A stretch of 64,000 nucleotides of DNA from contig OX597815.1 of assembly GCA_951406725.2 (NCBI GenBank), forward strand, positions 137,392,001 through 137,456,000. The letters run 5' to 3'. Positions 1 through 12,312 of the stretch are shown here, one piece after another (within the stretch, counting starts at the first letter, position 1; each line of letters begins with the position of its first letter). Below the pieces are notes generated by a model. The model was not told the origin of the DNA. It searched no databases and worked only from the letters and a program-made list of their open reading frames with translations. Both the position numbers and the translations under genes were made by a program. Origin of the DNA: Octopus vulgaris (taxonomy: Eukaryota).

Positions 1-88
1 CAACAAGAGATAAGAACGCGAGAAATAATAAGGAAGCACGTTGAGGTATTCACCAATCGACCTACTTTCACTACTACACTGTGGATAA

Positions 89-304
89 ATATATATATAT
101 ATATATATATATAAGTTTAAAAAACATATACTAAATGCTCAAACAACGGGAAATAGACACATAGGTCATCAACTACTCATCAGTTATGCAAGCATGTATG
201 GGTGGATGGATGGATGGATGGATGGATGGATGGATGGATGAATGGATGGATGGATGGATGGATGGATGGATGAATGGATAAATGGATGGATGGATGGATG
301 GATA

Positions 305-338
<34 letters not shown>

Positions 339-350
339 CCTCTCTCTCTG
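89..350. repeat. Microsatellite cluster (TA)n, (GGAT)n, (CT)n
   Basis: Simple repeats directly visible; the ORFs at 173-466 are their translations. Confidence 0.95.
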
Positions 351-363
351 TATTTGCATATCT

Positions 364-580
364 CTTTACTCTTTACTATTTTACTTGTTTCAGTCATTTT
401 GACTGCGGCCATGCTGGAGCACCGCCTTTAGTCGAGCAAATCGACCCCGGGACTTATTCTTTGTAAGCCCAGTACTTATTCTATCGGTCTCTTTTGCCGA
501 ACCGCTAAGTGACGGGGACGTAAACACACCAGCATCGGTTGTCAAGCAATGCTAGGGAGACAAACACAGCAGACACACAA

Positions 581-627
<47 letters not shown>

Positions 628-776
628 TACGACAGGCTTCTTTCAGTTTCCGTCTACCAAATCCACTCACAAGGCATTGGTCGGCCCGGGGCTATAGCAG
701 AAGACACTTGCCCAAGATGCCACGCAGTGGGACTGAACCCGGGACCATGTGGCTGGTTAGCAAGCTACTTACCACA
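364..776 (-). mobile_element. tRNA-derived SINE family A (CORE-like, internal microsatellite)
   Basis: Minus strand has a tRNA-like head (GTGGTAAG...GGTTCAGTCCC B-box), CTTGGGCAAGTGTCTT CORE-like segment, internal (CA)n/(TA)n and a short tandem 3' tail. Homologous copies occur at 1394, 10710, 38626, 39893, 41518 and 50078. Confidence 0.85.
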
Positions 777-1393
777 TGTGTGTGTGTGTATGTACACACA
801 TGTATGAAAGTCACATGAAACATTAGCCATGATGTATGTAGCTGATATTACCAGGAAGACTTAATACCTGCCCAGATGTGCAGCTATGAGCAGTATGTGC
901 AGTAGACATAAATGTGCAAAATATGTGTGCAACAAATATGTGCAGATGTAGAAAGAAGCCTGCTAGCGATGAATAGCTGAATCTAGCTGAGTCTTTTTGT
1001 GTTGATATTTCCTTAGTTTGCTTTTAATTTTTCTTTATGCGTTTTTTTCCGCATTATTCAGTTTCCCTTTTTTTTATATATAAATTATCCGTATTTTAGT
1101 TTTTGTTTTTGTTTTTATTCTGGATTTTAGTATAGATTTTGTTTCATTTATTTTTGTTTTGTTTGTTTATGTATTTTTTTTTCTTTATTTGGTTCGTTTT
1201 ATTCTGGTTTATTTTCATTGAGAGTATTAAATTTTTCTCAGAATATTATTTTTGTCCGTGCTTCTTTAATTTTCTCTCTTTATTTCTTTCATTTTCATTC
1301 TGCTTGCAAGCTTATCTCGACTCTCCCCCTCTCTCTCTCTCTCTCTCTCCTTTCTCTATTTATATATTTTTTTTTTTCTTTCTTTTCTTTTTT

Positions 1394-1609
1394 TTTTACT
1401 TGTTTCAGTCATTTGACTGCGGCCATGCTGGAGCACCGCCTTTAGTCGAGCAATTCGACACCAGGACTTATTCTTTGTAAGCCTAGTACTTATTCTATCG
1501 GTCTCTTTTGGCGAACCGCTAAGTTACGGGGACGTAAACACACCAGCTTCGGTTGTCAAACGATGTTGGGGGGACAAACACAGACACACAAACACACACA
1601 CACACACAC

Positions 1610-1657
<48 letters not shown>
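1394..1657 (-). mobile_element. SINE family A, 3' half
   Basis: High similarity to 378-625; truncated at the internal microsatellite. Confidence 0.85.
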
Positions 1658-1659
<2 letters not shown>

Positions 1660-2819
1660 TTACACTCAAGAGTAGTTAGCATAAAACTGGCGGAGCTCTT
1701 GTCAGTTAGCTCACATAAATCATCATAGAACTCGAGTGATGGGATATCCTACGTAGTATGTGGACAAGGAGGGAACATGTGTGATTACGTTCGACCATCC
1801 AATACATATATAGACGGAAATAGGAGTCATCAGTCTAAATTAATGGCACAACTTGCAAACGGATGGATTTTACTCTCGGCCGCAGATTATTAGCTACTTC
1901 TTTACAATGGCACACTTTTTGATGTTTTTCTTATAATTTTACAATTGCTCCTGGCAAACATATGGATCATACTTATATAATCTCGCAGGAGTTTCTAGAA
2001 GCCATCAACTATTCTGTGTCCCAGAAATGCATTAAATTTCAAGCATTTTAATAAAAATTTTAAGGCCCAGATTTTTAGAAAACTTTGCAGCCCTCAGCTG
2101 CATAAACCTGCATAAGTCTATTTCAAGTAAATAAAAGTCATTTTGTAAAGGAGGGAACAATTTAGAGTGGGTCGTTCTGGCCTTTTACCGAAAAGCTGTC
2201 TACCAAATTTGAAGTCTTCCAACCCACCACTCCTCGACTATGATAGTTTCATAAACAGTGTATTTGTGGAGAGAACTTCTGCATTTTGCTGCTCGATTTG
2301 CATTTAACACTGCAGGACATACATTTCGTCTAACCTTCATTTCACCAGTTTTGTCACCACGTATACATATCCACATGTAAAATCACCCTCTCGGTGCTCT
2401 ACGTAATCGCTGGATCAGCGAGGCCACGTACAGCACTGTGAAATGTGTTTCTATGCTGAGGTGGATCATTGACTTACAGGATAAATTTAAAGAGTAATTT
2501 TGACTAAAGGTGGTGTCATAATTCGCAGAGCTTGAAGAGAAAAGCCAAAATCTTATACCAGCTTCTCCATTTATCAGCGCATTCTTCTTTCTTGAATGTT
2601 TCTGTTCCGGATTGTGCTACACATCGGTTCGTCTTTGAACTGTTGTGTTCCAGGATAGCCACAGCTCACAGACCACGAAACACCCAAATGATTAACGCAA
2701 ACCTTCCTGAGAAGCTACTAAACCCTCGAATAACCCATCTTTATTTTTAGAGGGTGCTATATTCTCCCATTAAAAATGTCATGTCATTGTCACAGGACCT
2801 TTCTCCTGGTGCAAGGTAG

Positions 2820-3270
2820 CCGATTCTTAGAAGGAAAAGATTCGACCCTAGCGCCTTAATACCAGGTTATTTATCAACACAAAAAGGTTGGTGCCGAATT
2901 TAACCTCATTGCAATTCGATCTCAGTGATCTTGAAGAAATACCAAAAGGAATTCTATCATACGCTCTAACCTCATTGTCAATCCGCCACCCGCTTCCACT
3001 AAAAAAACCAACTACAACAGTTATTTAACCTTTTCTTATAATACTTGGCAGATTACAATTGCAATAGCCACGCATTTTGAGGGGTTGAGCATAGTTAACT
3101 TAATCGACTTCAAACCCTGCAGTTCACTGCTACTTATTTTAACCACCGACTCATGGAAATATGAAAAGCAAAGTCGATCTAGAAGTTTGAACTCAGATTG
3201 CGAGAGAAAGCAACTAAACAGCGTCATTTATTTTGCCGCACTTCTGTTTCTAGCAACTCCCCGCCGCCTT
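2820..3270 (-). mobile_element. Two degraded SINE family B (Meta-domain-like) copies
   Basis: Degenerate matches to the GAAAGGCAAAGTCGACC...GAATTTGAACTCAG motif seen intact at 30560-30600. Confidence 0.5.
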
Positions 3271-3537
3271 CTATACCTTTTCAAAATATTACATATTTTT
3301 CCTAAATTTAATCATTGTCCAACGACAATTAGTGACTATAGCAATTCAATTTCTAGTGTTTCGTGTCTTTTTTTTTTTTTGCATAGCAGAATATCGGGAT
3401 TTTTTGTGTCTTATATTAATATACTTTTTATTTGTTTCACTATAGTAGCAATTGAGTTAGCATTTCATTAGATTTTATCAATTAATCTTCACGACATTCG
3501 TTATTTGGTATTAAAGAGAGATAGAAAAAAAAGCAAA

Positions 3538-3540
<3 letters not shown>

Positions 3541-3582
<42 letters not shown>

Positions 3583-3726
3583 GAGGAGGAGGAGGAGGAG
3601 GAGGAGGAGGAGGAGCTAAACAAAAGAGGATAATGATTACTAATGAGAGAAGAAGAAGAAGAAGAAGAAGAAGAAGAAGAAGAAGAAGAAGAAGAAGAAG
3701 AAGAAGAAGAAGAAGAAGAAGAAGAT
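3541..3726. repeat. (TAG)n, (GAG)n, (GAA)n trinucleotide runs
   Basis: Directly visible. Confidence 0.95.
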
Positions 3727-4251
3727 ATACTCAATGCTATAAGTCAACTGATATCGGCAGCTATTTCCTCAGTCGTTGCTGTCTCCAAAGACAAGAATGG
3801 AGATAACTACACGAGCTACAATAAGAGCAAGGAGTGGAAGAGTTTCTCTCTAACTTTATATATATTTTACGTTTGTTTTCGTTTTGAACGCCATACTTTC
3901 GAGTGAGTGTACGGATTGGGTAGCAGAAGAGGGGTGGTCTTTCGTGAGCCATCTTCCTCATCTAATCTGCAACCTATCAAATCTTTCTAACTTTAGTTAT
4001 CTAATTATTATTCATTTTAAATAGTCATACTATGCCATCGCATAGCGTACCATGCCGCTTCATATGTATGACCTCTAGTTTATTACGAAAAGATGAGGGG
4101 ATTTTAAGAGTGAAAATTTAGACGCGGTGGTTTATATGACATTTTCAAATTCAATTACCCTATGAATATATATTTACATATGAACATAGGAGTATGTGCA
4201 TGTATATATATATATATATATACGAGAAAGAAGCAACAAGAATGGATTGGT

Positions 4252-4342
4252 TTTTAGTACAATTGTTTCATACAAAGACAGGCTTTATTACAAGTTGCAA
4301 AAATTGCAGCAGATAAAAGTGTCCCGTACTCATCAGCTAAAA
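4252..4342 (-). ncRNA. Type I hammerhead ribozyme with extended stem II
   Basis: Minus strand reads TTTTAG-CTGATGA-GTAC...GTAT-GAAA-CAATTG-TA-CTAAAA: 6-bp stem I, intact core, palindromic stem III, GUA cleavage triplet. Confidence 0.85.
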
Positions 4343-4455
4343 TACATTTGAGTTCTCTAGACATCTTAGTGGGTGAGGTTATACTCATGAAATATTGGAG
4401 ATAGTTCCATTAGAGGCAGATATAGGTTGTAAACAGTTTTCCAAAGTTCCTTAAT

Positions 4456-4661
4456 GATGATGCACAGTCTTATCACAGATTTTTAAAAACTTATTAGTTT
4501 CGAAGAGAAGATGAATCAATCCATAGTGTAGATTTAAATTTCCAGAGATATGAGGAGGATGATGCACAGACTTATCACAGGTTTTTAAAGACTTATTAGC
4601 TTCACAGAAAAGGTGAATTAATCCATAGTGAAGATTTACATTTCCAGTGGTAAGATGAGGA
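4456..4661. repeat. Diverged ~102-bp tandem duplication in the PLE 3' region
   Basis: GATGATGCACAG...ATCCATAGTG...TTTCCAG...ATGAGGA occurs twice in tandem. Confidence 0.85.
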
Positions 4662-5870
4662 ATTTCATACTCACAGACGATGTATTTAATCATTATTAAT
4701 CCACAATCATTTCATGCTATATGATAAGGTAATTTGCCATGTTATTGCTCTCCGTGCAAAACTGCTATGTTGAGATTTCTAAAGGTTGAAGGAATTTCTT
4801 TGTGGGGCAAAGAAAATAAAATAAAAGAAAAAGGAAAGAGACAAGGAAAAAAGAAAAAGAAAAAGGAGAAGAAGAAGAAATAAGGAAAAGAAAAAGAAAA
4901 AGAAAAAGAAAAAAGAAAAAAGAAAGAGAAATGGGGGAGAAGAATAGAAAAGAAAAAGAAAGAGAAAAAGAAAAAGAAAAAGAAGAAAAAGGAAAAGAAA
5001 AAAAGAAAAAGTGGAATGGGGAGAAAAGAAAAGGCGCCTATATAGAGTATACTGCGACAACTTAGCGGGAGGGGGTTTTTTAAAATGACCAAATACAGAA
5101 GAATTTGTAGATAATTTAGTTAGCTTGAATCTTTAAGAATCTTTAAGAATTCAGGAACTATGAGGAAATATATTTTTTTTTTTTTTTGACCAGTACACAG
5201 CTATTTACTATCAACCTGACACTGATGAAAGCAGATATGAATCTAAAGAGAATTTAAAGAGATAAACAAGGTCAGGGGTAGAGGGGTCAAAAGCTATCGT
5301 TAAAAGGAAATACAATAAGAGAAAGGATCTAAGTGCAACCTTAACCAGAGGTCATTTAAATTATTTATTTATTTATTCATGTTACTGTCTTGAAAATTGT
5401 AGCCGTTACTATCAATACATTAACAGGCTACCGGTCAAAACCTGGAATTTAATTAACAAGGTGTGATGGAATTGTCTATTTTATTGAAGTTTATCATACT
5501 ACTTTCAAGGGAGTTTCTTCACTTAATTAATTCTGTAATAGAATTGTTAAGCCTTAGTAACTTAATTTATTAAAGTAGTGTTACCTAAACTAGATTAAGT
5601 TCCAAAATTAAAAATTTTAAATTAAGATTTAAGAATTAAATAAACACTAAAAATTAAGATTTAAGAATTAAGAATTAAATAAACTTTCAATTAAGCAATG
5701 TACGAATACTATTTTAATTTCTCAATGTTTAAAATCAGGTGTAGTTACAAAGAAAAAGATAAGTATAGTGTGAGAAATCGCAGATATCTACTTAAAAAAA
5801 TAATGTTATACTATTAAAGACCCGGTTATATTTATCTACCTATCTTGTTACGATTATTCTATACAGTTAT

Positions 5871-6368
5871 TCACTTAAAATATTTTAGGGTCTTCAATTT
5901 AGCGTGGACACAAACTTGTCCTACTTCAATATGGTTATTTAACAAGTTTCTATTTTTTCTATGCCTTAGAATTTCATAGGTCTCCATTGAGCAGAGTTGG
6001 CAACCAACCCTGCTATTTTTATACGGTATTGCTCTCCTAACTATTTCCCAATTAAGATTATAATTCTTGTTATTATTTTTGAGTTCCCAGATCTTACTTG
6101 AAAGTGTGGTGGTACCAGCTTTATGACGTAATCCAAAAGATGAGATGTGCTTTCTAACCCTTTTATTAAAATTTATTGTGCACCCAATGTAAAAAAATTT
6201 GTTATTCTCAGTAGATATGGTACATTTATAGATTACGTTATTTTCCCTGCAAAGACCGGGTGCCGGGCATTTTGACTTAATTCTACACTTACACGCAGGA
6301 GGAACAACTTTAGAAGTTGGATTATTCATGGGTAGATGTCTTATGTTTCCTATTATTTTGATTATCAT
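5871..6368 (-). pseudogene. GIY-YIG endonuclease domain of the Penelope-like element
   Basis: 165-aa ORF with CxCx5C, VIY...YIG, conserved R, E and N, and CxxC; out of frame with the upstream ORF 6322-6849. Confidence 0.9.
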
Positions 6369-8071
6369 GAGTATAATTATCCTTATTATTATTATTATTT
6401 TTATAGTTGGTGCTGTTATCTAAAGCATTGTTATTATTTATTGATCCTATTGCTCCATCTTTTAGGTCTAAAGTCCTACCATGATTATTTACATTATTTG
6501 TAATGTTACTACTATTGTTAGTATTATTATCAGACTGTATATTGTTACTATAGATATCACTGATATTTTCCTTCTCCGCGTTCTCTCTATTAGCCTTACT
6601 TCTATTATTAACATTTTTACTTCTATTAGTATCGGTATTATTACTACTCTTATTACTGCTAATATTATTATTAGTCGTTTTGTGGTTACTGATTCCATCC
6701 GTGTTTCGATAGTTACTATTGTTGTGTTTATTGTTGTTAGTATTGCTATAATTGTTATTGGTATTCATGTTGTTATTATTATTTTTATTTTCATCTTTCC
6801 TGGCTAGTTTAATGTTGTTACTATTAATCTTAGCTATTAAAGTGGACATATTTGGGAGGGTTGAATAAGAAATTCTAACTGTTTTCTTAGAAATAATTCT
6901 ATGATATCTATAAGAGATTGGGAACTTTTTTTCTAGAATTACTTTGAATTTGCTCTGTATATCCGATTGAATCGCCCAGTTGAAAGGAATATTCAGCCAT
7001 ATTATATCTTTTTTATTTTTTTAATTCTATTAAATTTCCTTGAATTAGAATCAGGGTTCGTAGAATTATTATTATTATTCATCTTATCAAAGTCATTGTA
7101 CTTACTACTATAATTTGTGTGCATTTTTGATTTATCTAATTCCATTTTATCCGAATTACCTATGCTTTGGTTTTTACTTCAATTTGAATTATTGAGCTTG
7201 TACGCTAGATTTGCGGTTACCGTGAATCTATTTCTACTTTTATTTCGGGCCTGGTCTATATTGCTGCTTATGTGATTAATGATAACTTCTTTATTAGGAA
7301 TATGTAAGTTCCCCTTATCTATGAATGTAATTTTTTGGTTGTATCCTGCCTTAGTTAGCGCTGTATTATAATGCTCAGAATGGGAGTTAAATATATCCTT
7401 ATTTGAAGATAATTTTGAAATTCTTAATGAAATATTTCTGGCTAAAGATTCAATTATATTTGGTGGATGGTTGGATAATTTATTTACGTATCTCGTGATT
7501 TCGCCCTCTTTTCTAAATGGGTAATGCAGCTTGGAGTTAAGGTCTAACGTAATATCTAGGAAATTAATTATTTTAGTGCCAGGTTCATACGTTTGTTGAA
7601 GTTAAAATCCTTAAAAAACTTATTAATTCTCTTTCTAATCCTTTCTATACTAGATTTATTATTACTAGGGATAACAAACAGAGCATCATCCCTATATAAA
7701 CCGCCCTGTAGTTCTGGAATATCCTTACTTATGCATTTTAATACTTATGCATTTTATATATATATATATATATACACAGACATACATTCATGCATACATA
7801 CATACATACATACATACATACATACATACATACATACATACATACATACATAAGCAAAATAATTGAGATTCGGATGAATTAAGTGCTTAAGCTGAGGCAC
7901 CAAAAATTAGTGCAGTATTATCCGTACAATTTCAAAATAAGGTGAATAACAATCAAAATAAGCAACAGGATATTCAGAGGTGATGCAGTACGACCGTTTC
8001 GATCGGCTCCATTTAATTGAACTATGCAATCATTATATCAGTTTAAATGCATAAATAAATAGAATTAATTT

Positions 8072-8190
8072 GCTTTTCATTCTTTCGAGGGTCGATACAA
8101 TAAGTGCAAGTTGAGCACTGGGTTCTATGTAATCAACTTATCCCTTCTCCGAAATTGCTAGCCTTGTGCCAAAATTTGAAACCAATATTA
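8072..8190 (+). mobile_element. SINE family B fragment
   Basis: GCTTTTCATTCTTTCGAGGGTCGAT...GCCTTGTGCCAAAATTTGAAACC matches other copies. Confidence 0.65.
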
Positions 8191-8407
8191 GATATAGTTG
8201 TTAGAATTGAATCGAATATCAAATTTCTAACAACAATCAAAATATTAGAATTATGAGCATCCCTCTCTAACAACTAAAATATAATTTCAGCAACATTATG
8301 CATTGCTTGTTTGTGGTAAATGCCTTATAAAGCTTTTCTGTGCAGAGCAGATTGCACGACATTCACGGAAAATGCATTAAAAACCTCATGCAAACTCTCA
8401 TCTAGAG

Positions 8408-8860
8408 CAAGGGGTGGGGAAACCCCCGCCCAGGGGTGCAATTGCGCCCACAAGCCCGTTTTAGTACGCCCTAAGGCTGGTATACTTGTATATACAAAAT
8501 ATAGTAAATTTTCAATTATAAACTTTATACAATATTCTTATGTCTATTTGCGACAATAGGTCGCGTTTGCACTACGACTTAAAACGGTTAGACGAACAGA
8601 AAATCGTCCGGTAATTGTCTTTTCGGCGCTCTAGCTGAAAAATATAGAATACCTCATAAGTAATATAAACGTCCTAAATTCAGTGGTGCGTTAATGAAGA
8701 TGTTATGCGTTAATTTAATGTCTTATCTTTATTAATTAGTCTCGAATTATACATAGATATATACAAGATATACACAGATATAAGAGTTAGAATTTGTGAT
8801 CCGCCGCGGACCTTTTTCTTTAGAAATTTTTGCCCGCTGCACTAAAAAGTTTCCCCATCA
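8408..8860. mobile_element. hAT/Charlie-type MITE
   Basis: Ends CAAGGGGTGGGGAAAC and GTTTCCCCATC; preceded by ATCTAGAG (NTCTAGAN Charlie-type target); homologous to 21951-22470. Confidence 0.75.
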
Positions 8861-8864
8861 ACAG

Positions 8865-9914
8865 TGCTCTGCAGCTCAAATGCTACACGAAATGTTTTGT
8901 GATTCTAGGAATTAACTCTTCCTTTTATTGTTGCAACCACTTCTAAAGCATGCTCAGGAAGTGAATAAACTGTTTGAAACGAACAAAATTACTTGAAGTC
9001 CTTCCGAATTTGATCAAATCTATTGCTAATATGATAGTAATGCTAACATCTAGCAATGATCCTCTTGATCCTGATGCGAATATAGAATAATTTCTTAATC
9101 TTAAACCAAATTTACACTACAGATTCGAGTGAAAAATAACAGAAATCATAATCAATAAGATTTTAACAGCTACCAACGAAAACAATATTCGTAAAAGAGC
9201 ACAATTTTTACTCTGACTTTATAAAGAACTCAAGCAACGTTTGCCAAAAAAGCTTTAATATACTGAGGAATATCAAATGCTTTTTCATTAGAGAATACTT
9301 TGAGACATATAAAAGAGCCAATTTTTCCTGTCTTAGAAGTAATGCATTTAAATAAAGAAAAAAAATTGCTTCAATTGGAATTCAATTTAAAAGCATCCAT
9401 TTAGTTAAATGGACAAATACATCAAATACTGAGGCTTTCTGGTTAGAAATTTTTGGATTATAAAGACGCCACTGGAGGAAATCCTTTCAGAGATGTTGCA
9501 AAATTTTCTATTAACCTATTGATACCCCCAAACTCAAATGCCGAATTTGAACGGTTGTTCAATTGTATGAGCAGAATCGAATGAAAAGCAAAATGCAGCT
9601 TACTATGCTTAAATCGATACCTTCTGTAAAATATGGCCTAAAAGGCTATGGCAAATGCTGCAAAAACTTAGACATTCCAAAGCCTATATTTAGCAAGCTT
9701 ATTTACCTTGGATGTATACAAAGTTCAAGATCGAGGGACGACAGCTGAAATTATTTCTCAATGTTGAATGTAATGAAGGAATGTAAATAAAAATGTAAAT
9801 AAAAATATTTTTTTATATAATATAGTTGGACTTCAGCTTTTTTCTTTTAGCATTTTTGGCATTTTGTATACTGAAATTTAGTATAAGATTGTTATTTTAT
9901 GTTGACAACACTAG
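8865..9914 (+). mobile_element. Degraded hAT transposase 3' part with terminal TIR
   Basis: Broken frames give CSAAQMLHEMFCD...QPLLKHAQEVNKLFE and FW...DYKDATGGNPFRDVAKFSINLLIPPNSNAEFERLF (hAT dimerisation domain). Ends GTTGACAACACTAG. Confidence 0.75.
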
Positions 9915-10049
9915 TACATGTATCTATGAACATATCTATTTCTATATGTATAAGAACTTTATAAAGCATAAATGGGTTAATAAACGTAAGGATATCTATG
10001 TATGCATGTGTGTGAGTGTGTGCATTTATACATAGACAGACAGATAGAC

Positions 10050-10135
10050 AGGCAGGCTGGCTGGAAGGCAGGCTGGCTGGAAGGCAGGCTGGCTGGAAGG
10101 CAGGCTGGCTGGAAGGCAGGCTGGCTGGAAGGCAG
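10050..10135. repeat. 16-bp minisatellite (GGCAGGCTGGCTGGAA) x ~5
   Basis: Directly visible. Confidence 0.9.
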
Positions 10136-10239
10136 ACGAACAGAGGGACGGACGACAGACAGACAAACAGATAGATAGATAGTTATTATGTGTATATATA
10201 TTTGTAAATGTGCAAAATTGGAACTTAGACAAAAAGTAA

Positions 10240-10700
10240 CTAAAGTTACGGAGATGTACTTGCATAGCAACTGACTTGATCTGGGATCTTGTACTGAAAC
10301 AAAAACAATTGCAGCGTGGACGATGTTTGTAAGCCATTTAAGAACAAACAAAAGGTTAAACAGTGATTAATGTGTATATAGCTGTGTGAATAGATACCGG
10401 TTCTACCATTAAATTCAATAAGTTCATACTTATCTAATTTCATATTTACAAGGAAAGTAATTTTGGAAAACTCCAGTAAGTTGTCAAAGCGTACAACAGA
10501 TTTTACAGCATTCTTAGTCAAATATCACATTAGATATATTTTGTTTTGATGGGAATGTATTTATCCGCGAAAGAGCCCTGTAATAAAAAAAAAATTTTGA
10601 ATAAATCAATTTCATATCTTCGGAAATGAAATTGGGTAGACCATGGCTTCTTTTCGGTAAAATCAAATATATAGTGTCGAATAAATGGCTATGAATAAGT
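10240..10700 (-). mobile_element. Possible CR1/Jockey-type RT fossil
   Basis: FISEDMKLIY resembles FADDxKL and VRFDNLLEF resembles GVxFDxxLxF; very degraded. Confidence 0.3.
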
Positions 10701-10709
10701 GAGGAAATA

Positions 10710-11122
10710 AGCGCAAGAGTGCCTGTGTAGAAAAAATTTTCCTTCCCAATCACAAGCTTCCGGTTCAGTCCCACCGCGTGGCGCCTTAGGAAAGTGTCTT
10801 CTTTGGCCAGAGAATACAGAGAATATATTCGGTAGTCTCAGGTTGACCAAAGCCATGTGAGTGGATTTGGTAGACAGAAACATCGTGTATATATATATGT
10901 GTGTGTATGTGTCTTTGTGTCTGTGTTTGTGCCCTACCACCACTTGTCAGCTGGTGTTGGCTTGTTTATGTCTCCATAACTTAGTGGTTCGGTAAAAGAG
11001 ACCGGTAGAATAAGTACTAGGCTTTAAAAAAGTAGTAAGGTCCATTCTCTCGACTAAAAGCTCAATGTGATGCCCCAGCATGGCCGCAGTTTAATGACTG
11101 GAACAAGTAAACGATGAAAGAT
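10710..11122 (+). mobile_element. SINE family A, old near full-length copy
   Basis: GGTTCAGTCCC B-box, GTGAGTGGATTTGGTAGAC, internal (TA)/(TG) run, CCAGCATGGCCGCAG 3' part. Confidence 0.8.
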
Positions 11123-11643
11123 AGAGACATTTCTTATATGTGATTGCGTCACCTGGAACATCAAGATAAATGTTCAATACTTTATCAATACTACAGAGAT
11201 CGAGTGACAAACACTGTAGTCCTTAGAGAGACAAAGATCATCAGAAAGCTCCTTAAATATATAGGGAAACAACAGACTAAATTCATTTGACATAGTTCGA
11301 GGAGAAAATTGGAAAAGTGAAAGGATTACGCCGGAGAAGACAGAAAATATTATTCGATAGCTTCACTAGCGGGCGTCAGAAAGACTGACCCAATAAGGTA
11401 CTAAGTTGCGTATGACTGAGAGAGATAGAAAGAGGGAGAAGGGGAGAGAGTGAGAGGAGTATGTAGAGGTCCATGATTGCCGACGCCTCTAGGTTTCGCT
11501 GATCAATAATGTAGTTGTTCGACCACAAAAAAGTACTTTCAGTTATGGAGTTTGCAGCTGCCTTTCACAGACAAGTGTAAATTTAATGTAACTGCCAGAA
11601 ATAGTGTGTAAGAAGAGTGAATTCCCAAAATAGTACACTCAAT

Positions 11644-11807
11644 GGAGTTTCTCAACGATTAAACTTACCCAAACTTTCACCATAATGTTTTGGGGTGATC
11701 CGAGACAAATAAAGAGATGTGTTCAGGAGTTTCACACAGATTAAACTTGACCAAATTTTCACCATAATGTTTTGGAGTGATCCGAGACAGATAAAGACAT
11801 ATGTTCG
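11644..11807. repeat. 82-bp tandem duplication
   Basis: GGAGTTTC...CACCATAATGTTTTGG...GATCCGAGACA...ATGTTC repeats at 11644 and 11726. Confidence 0.85.
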
Positions 11808-12224
11808 AAGGACAACGTGCTCAGAAACAACCCAGTATTATATAATTATAAATAAACTTTTTAACTACTTGGCTAGATCTACATCCCTAAATTCGACTAA
11901 CAGCACACAGAGTTAATATATGAGTTGGTTGCGGAGAAAAATTCAGGATCAAGAATCGAAAACGGATTTCGAAATACATCGAACTCTAGTTAGCTACTAC
12001 AACCTTTACAATCACTGCTAAGAAGAAAAAAAAATGTGATTATAAGGGAAGGAATAAAAGAATACATCTACTTGAGTTCACTAGCGTCAAATGTCTTTTA
12101 TTCACGCTTATTTCTAAGAAAACAAAGATAATATCGAATTTCTTTTATTTTTAATGAATTTCTAGAAAGATATTCACATCAATGAGTGTGCTTTGTTTTT
12201 ATTTCTCGTCATACACACACGAGT

Positions 12225-12227
<3 letters not shown>

Positions 12228-12312
<85 letters not shown>

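Larger units (their letters stand above)
4222..7745 (-). mobile_element. Penelope-like retroelement, Naiad-type, 5'-truncated and frameshifted
   Basis: Minus-strand peptides: RT GGLYRDDALFV (~7680-7705), INFLDITLDL and thumb SNHPPNII; linker IIWLNIPFNW...VRISYSTLPNM; CxCx5C (CKCRIKSKCP); GIY-YIG VIYKC...YIGCT...RVRKH; CQLC; LLN; terminal CVH. A long 3' non-coding region ends in a hammerhead. Both ends abut (TA)n. Confidence 0.9.

Noticed and set aside
60-190. Minus-strand CTGATGA (177-183) and GTGAAAGTAGGTC as a hammerhead
   Set aside because: Neither stem I nor stem II can be paired.
1700-2820. Possible degraded transposase (AILEHNS word on the minus strand)
   Set aside because: Only a single short motif; not enough to assign a family by eye.
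3501-3906. Poly-Glu/Ser/Tyr ORFs
   Set aside because: Translations of trinucleotide microsatellites.
4742-5092. Phe/Leu-rich membrane-like ORFs
   Set aside because: Low-complexity purine tract within the PLE 3' region.
5214-5280. CTGATGA with flanking CCTGAC/GTCAGG as a plus-strand hammerhead
   Set aside because: No GAAA after a closable stem II, and antisense to the host element.
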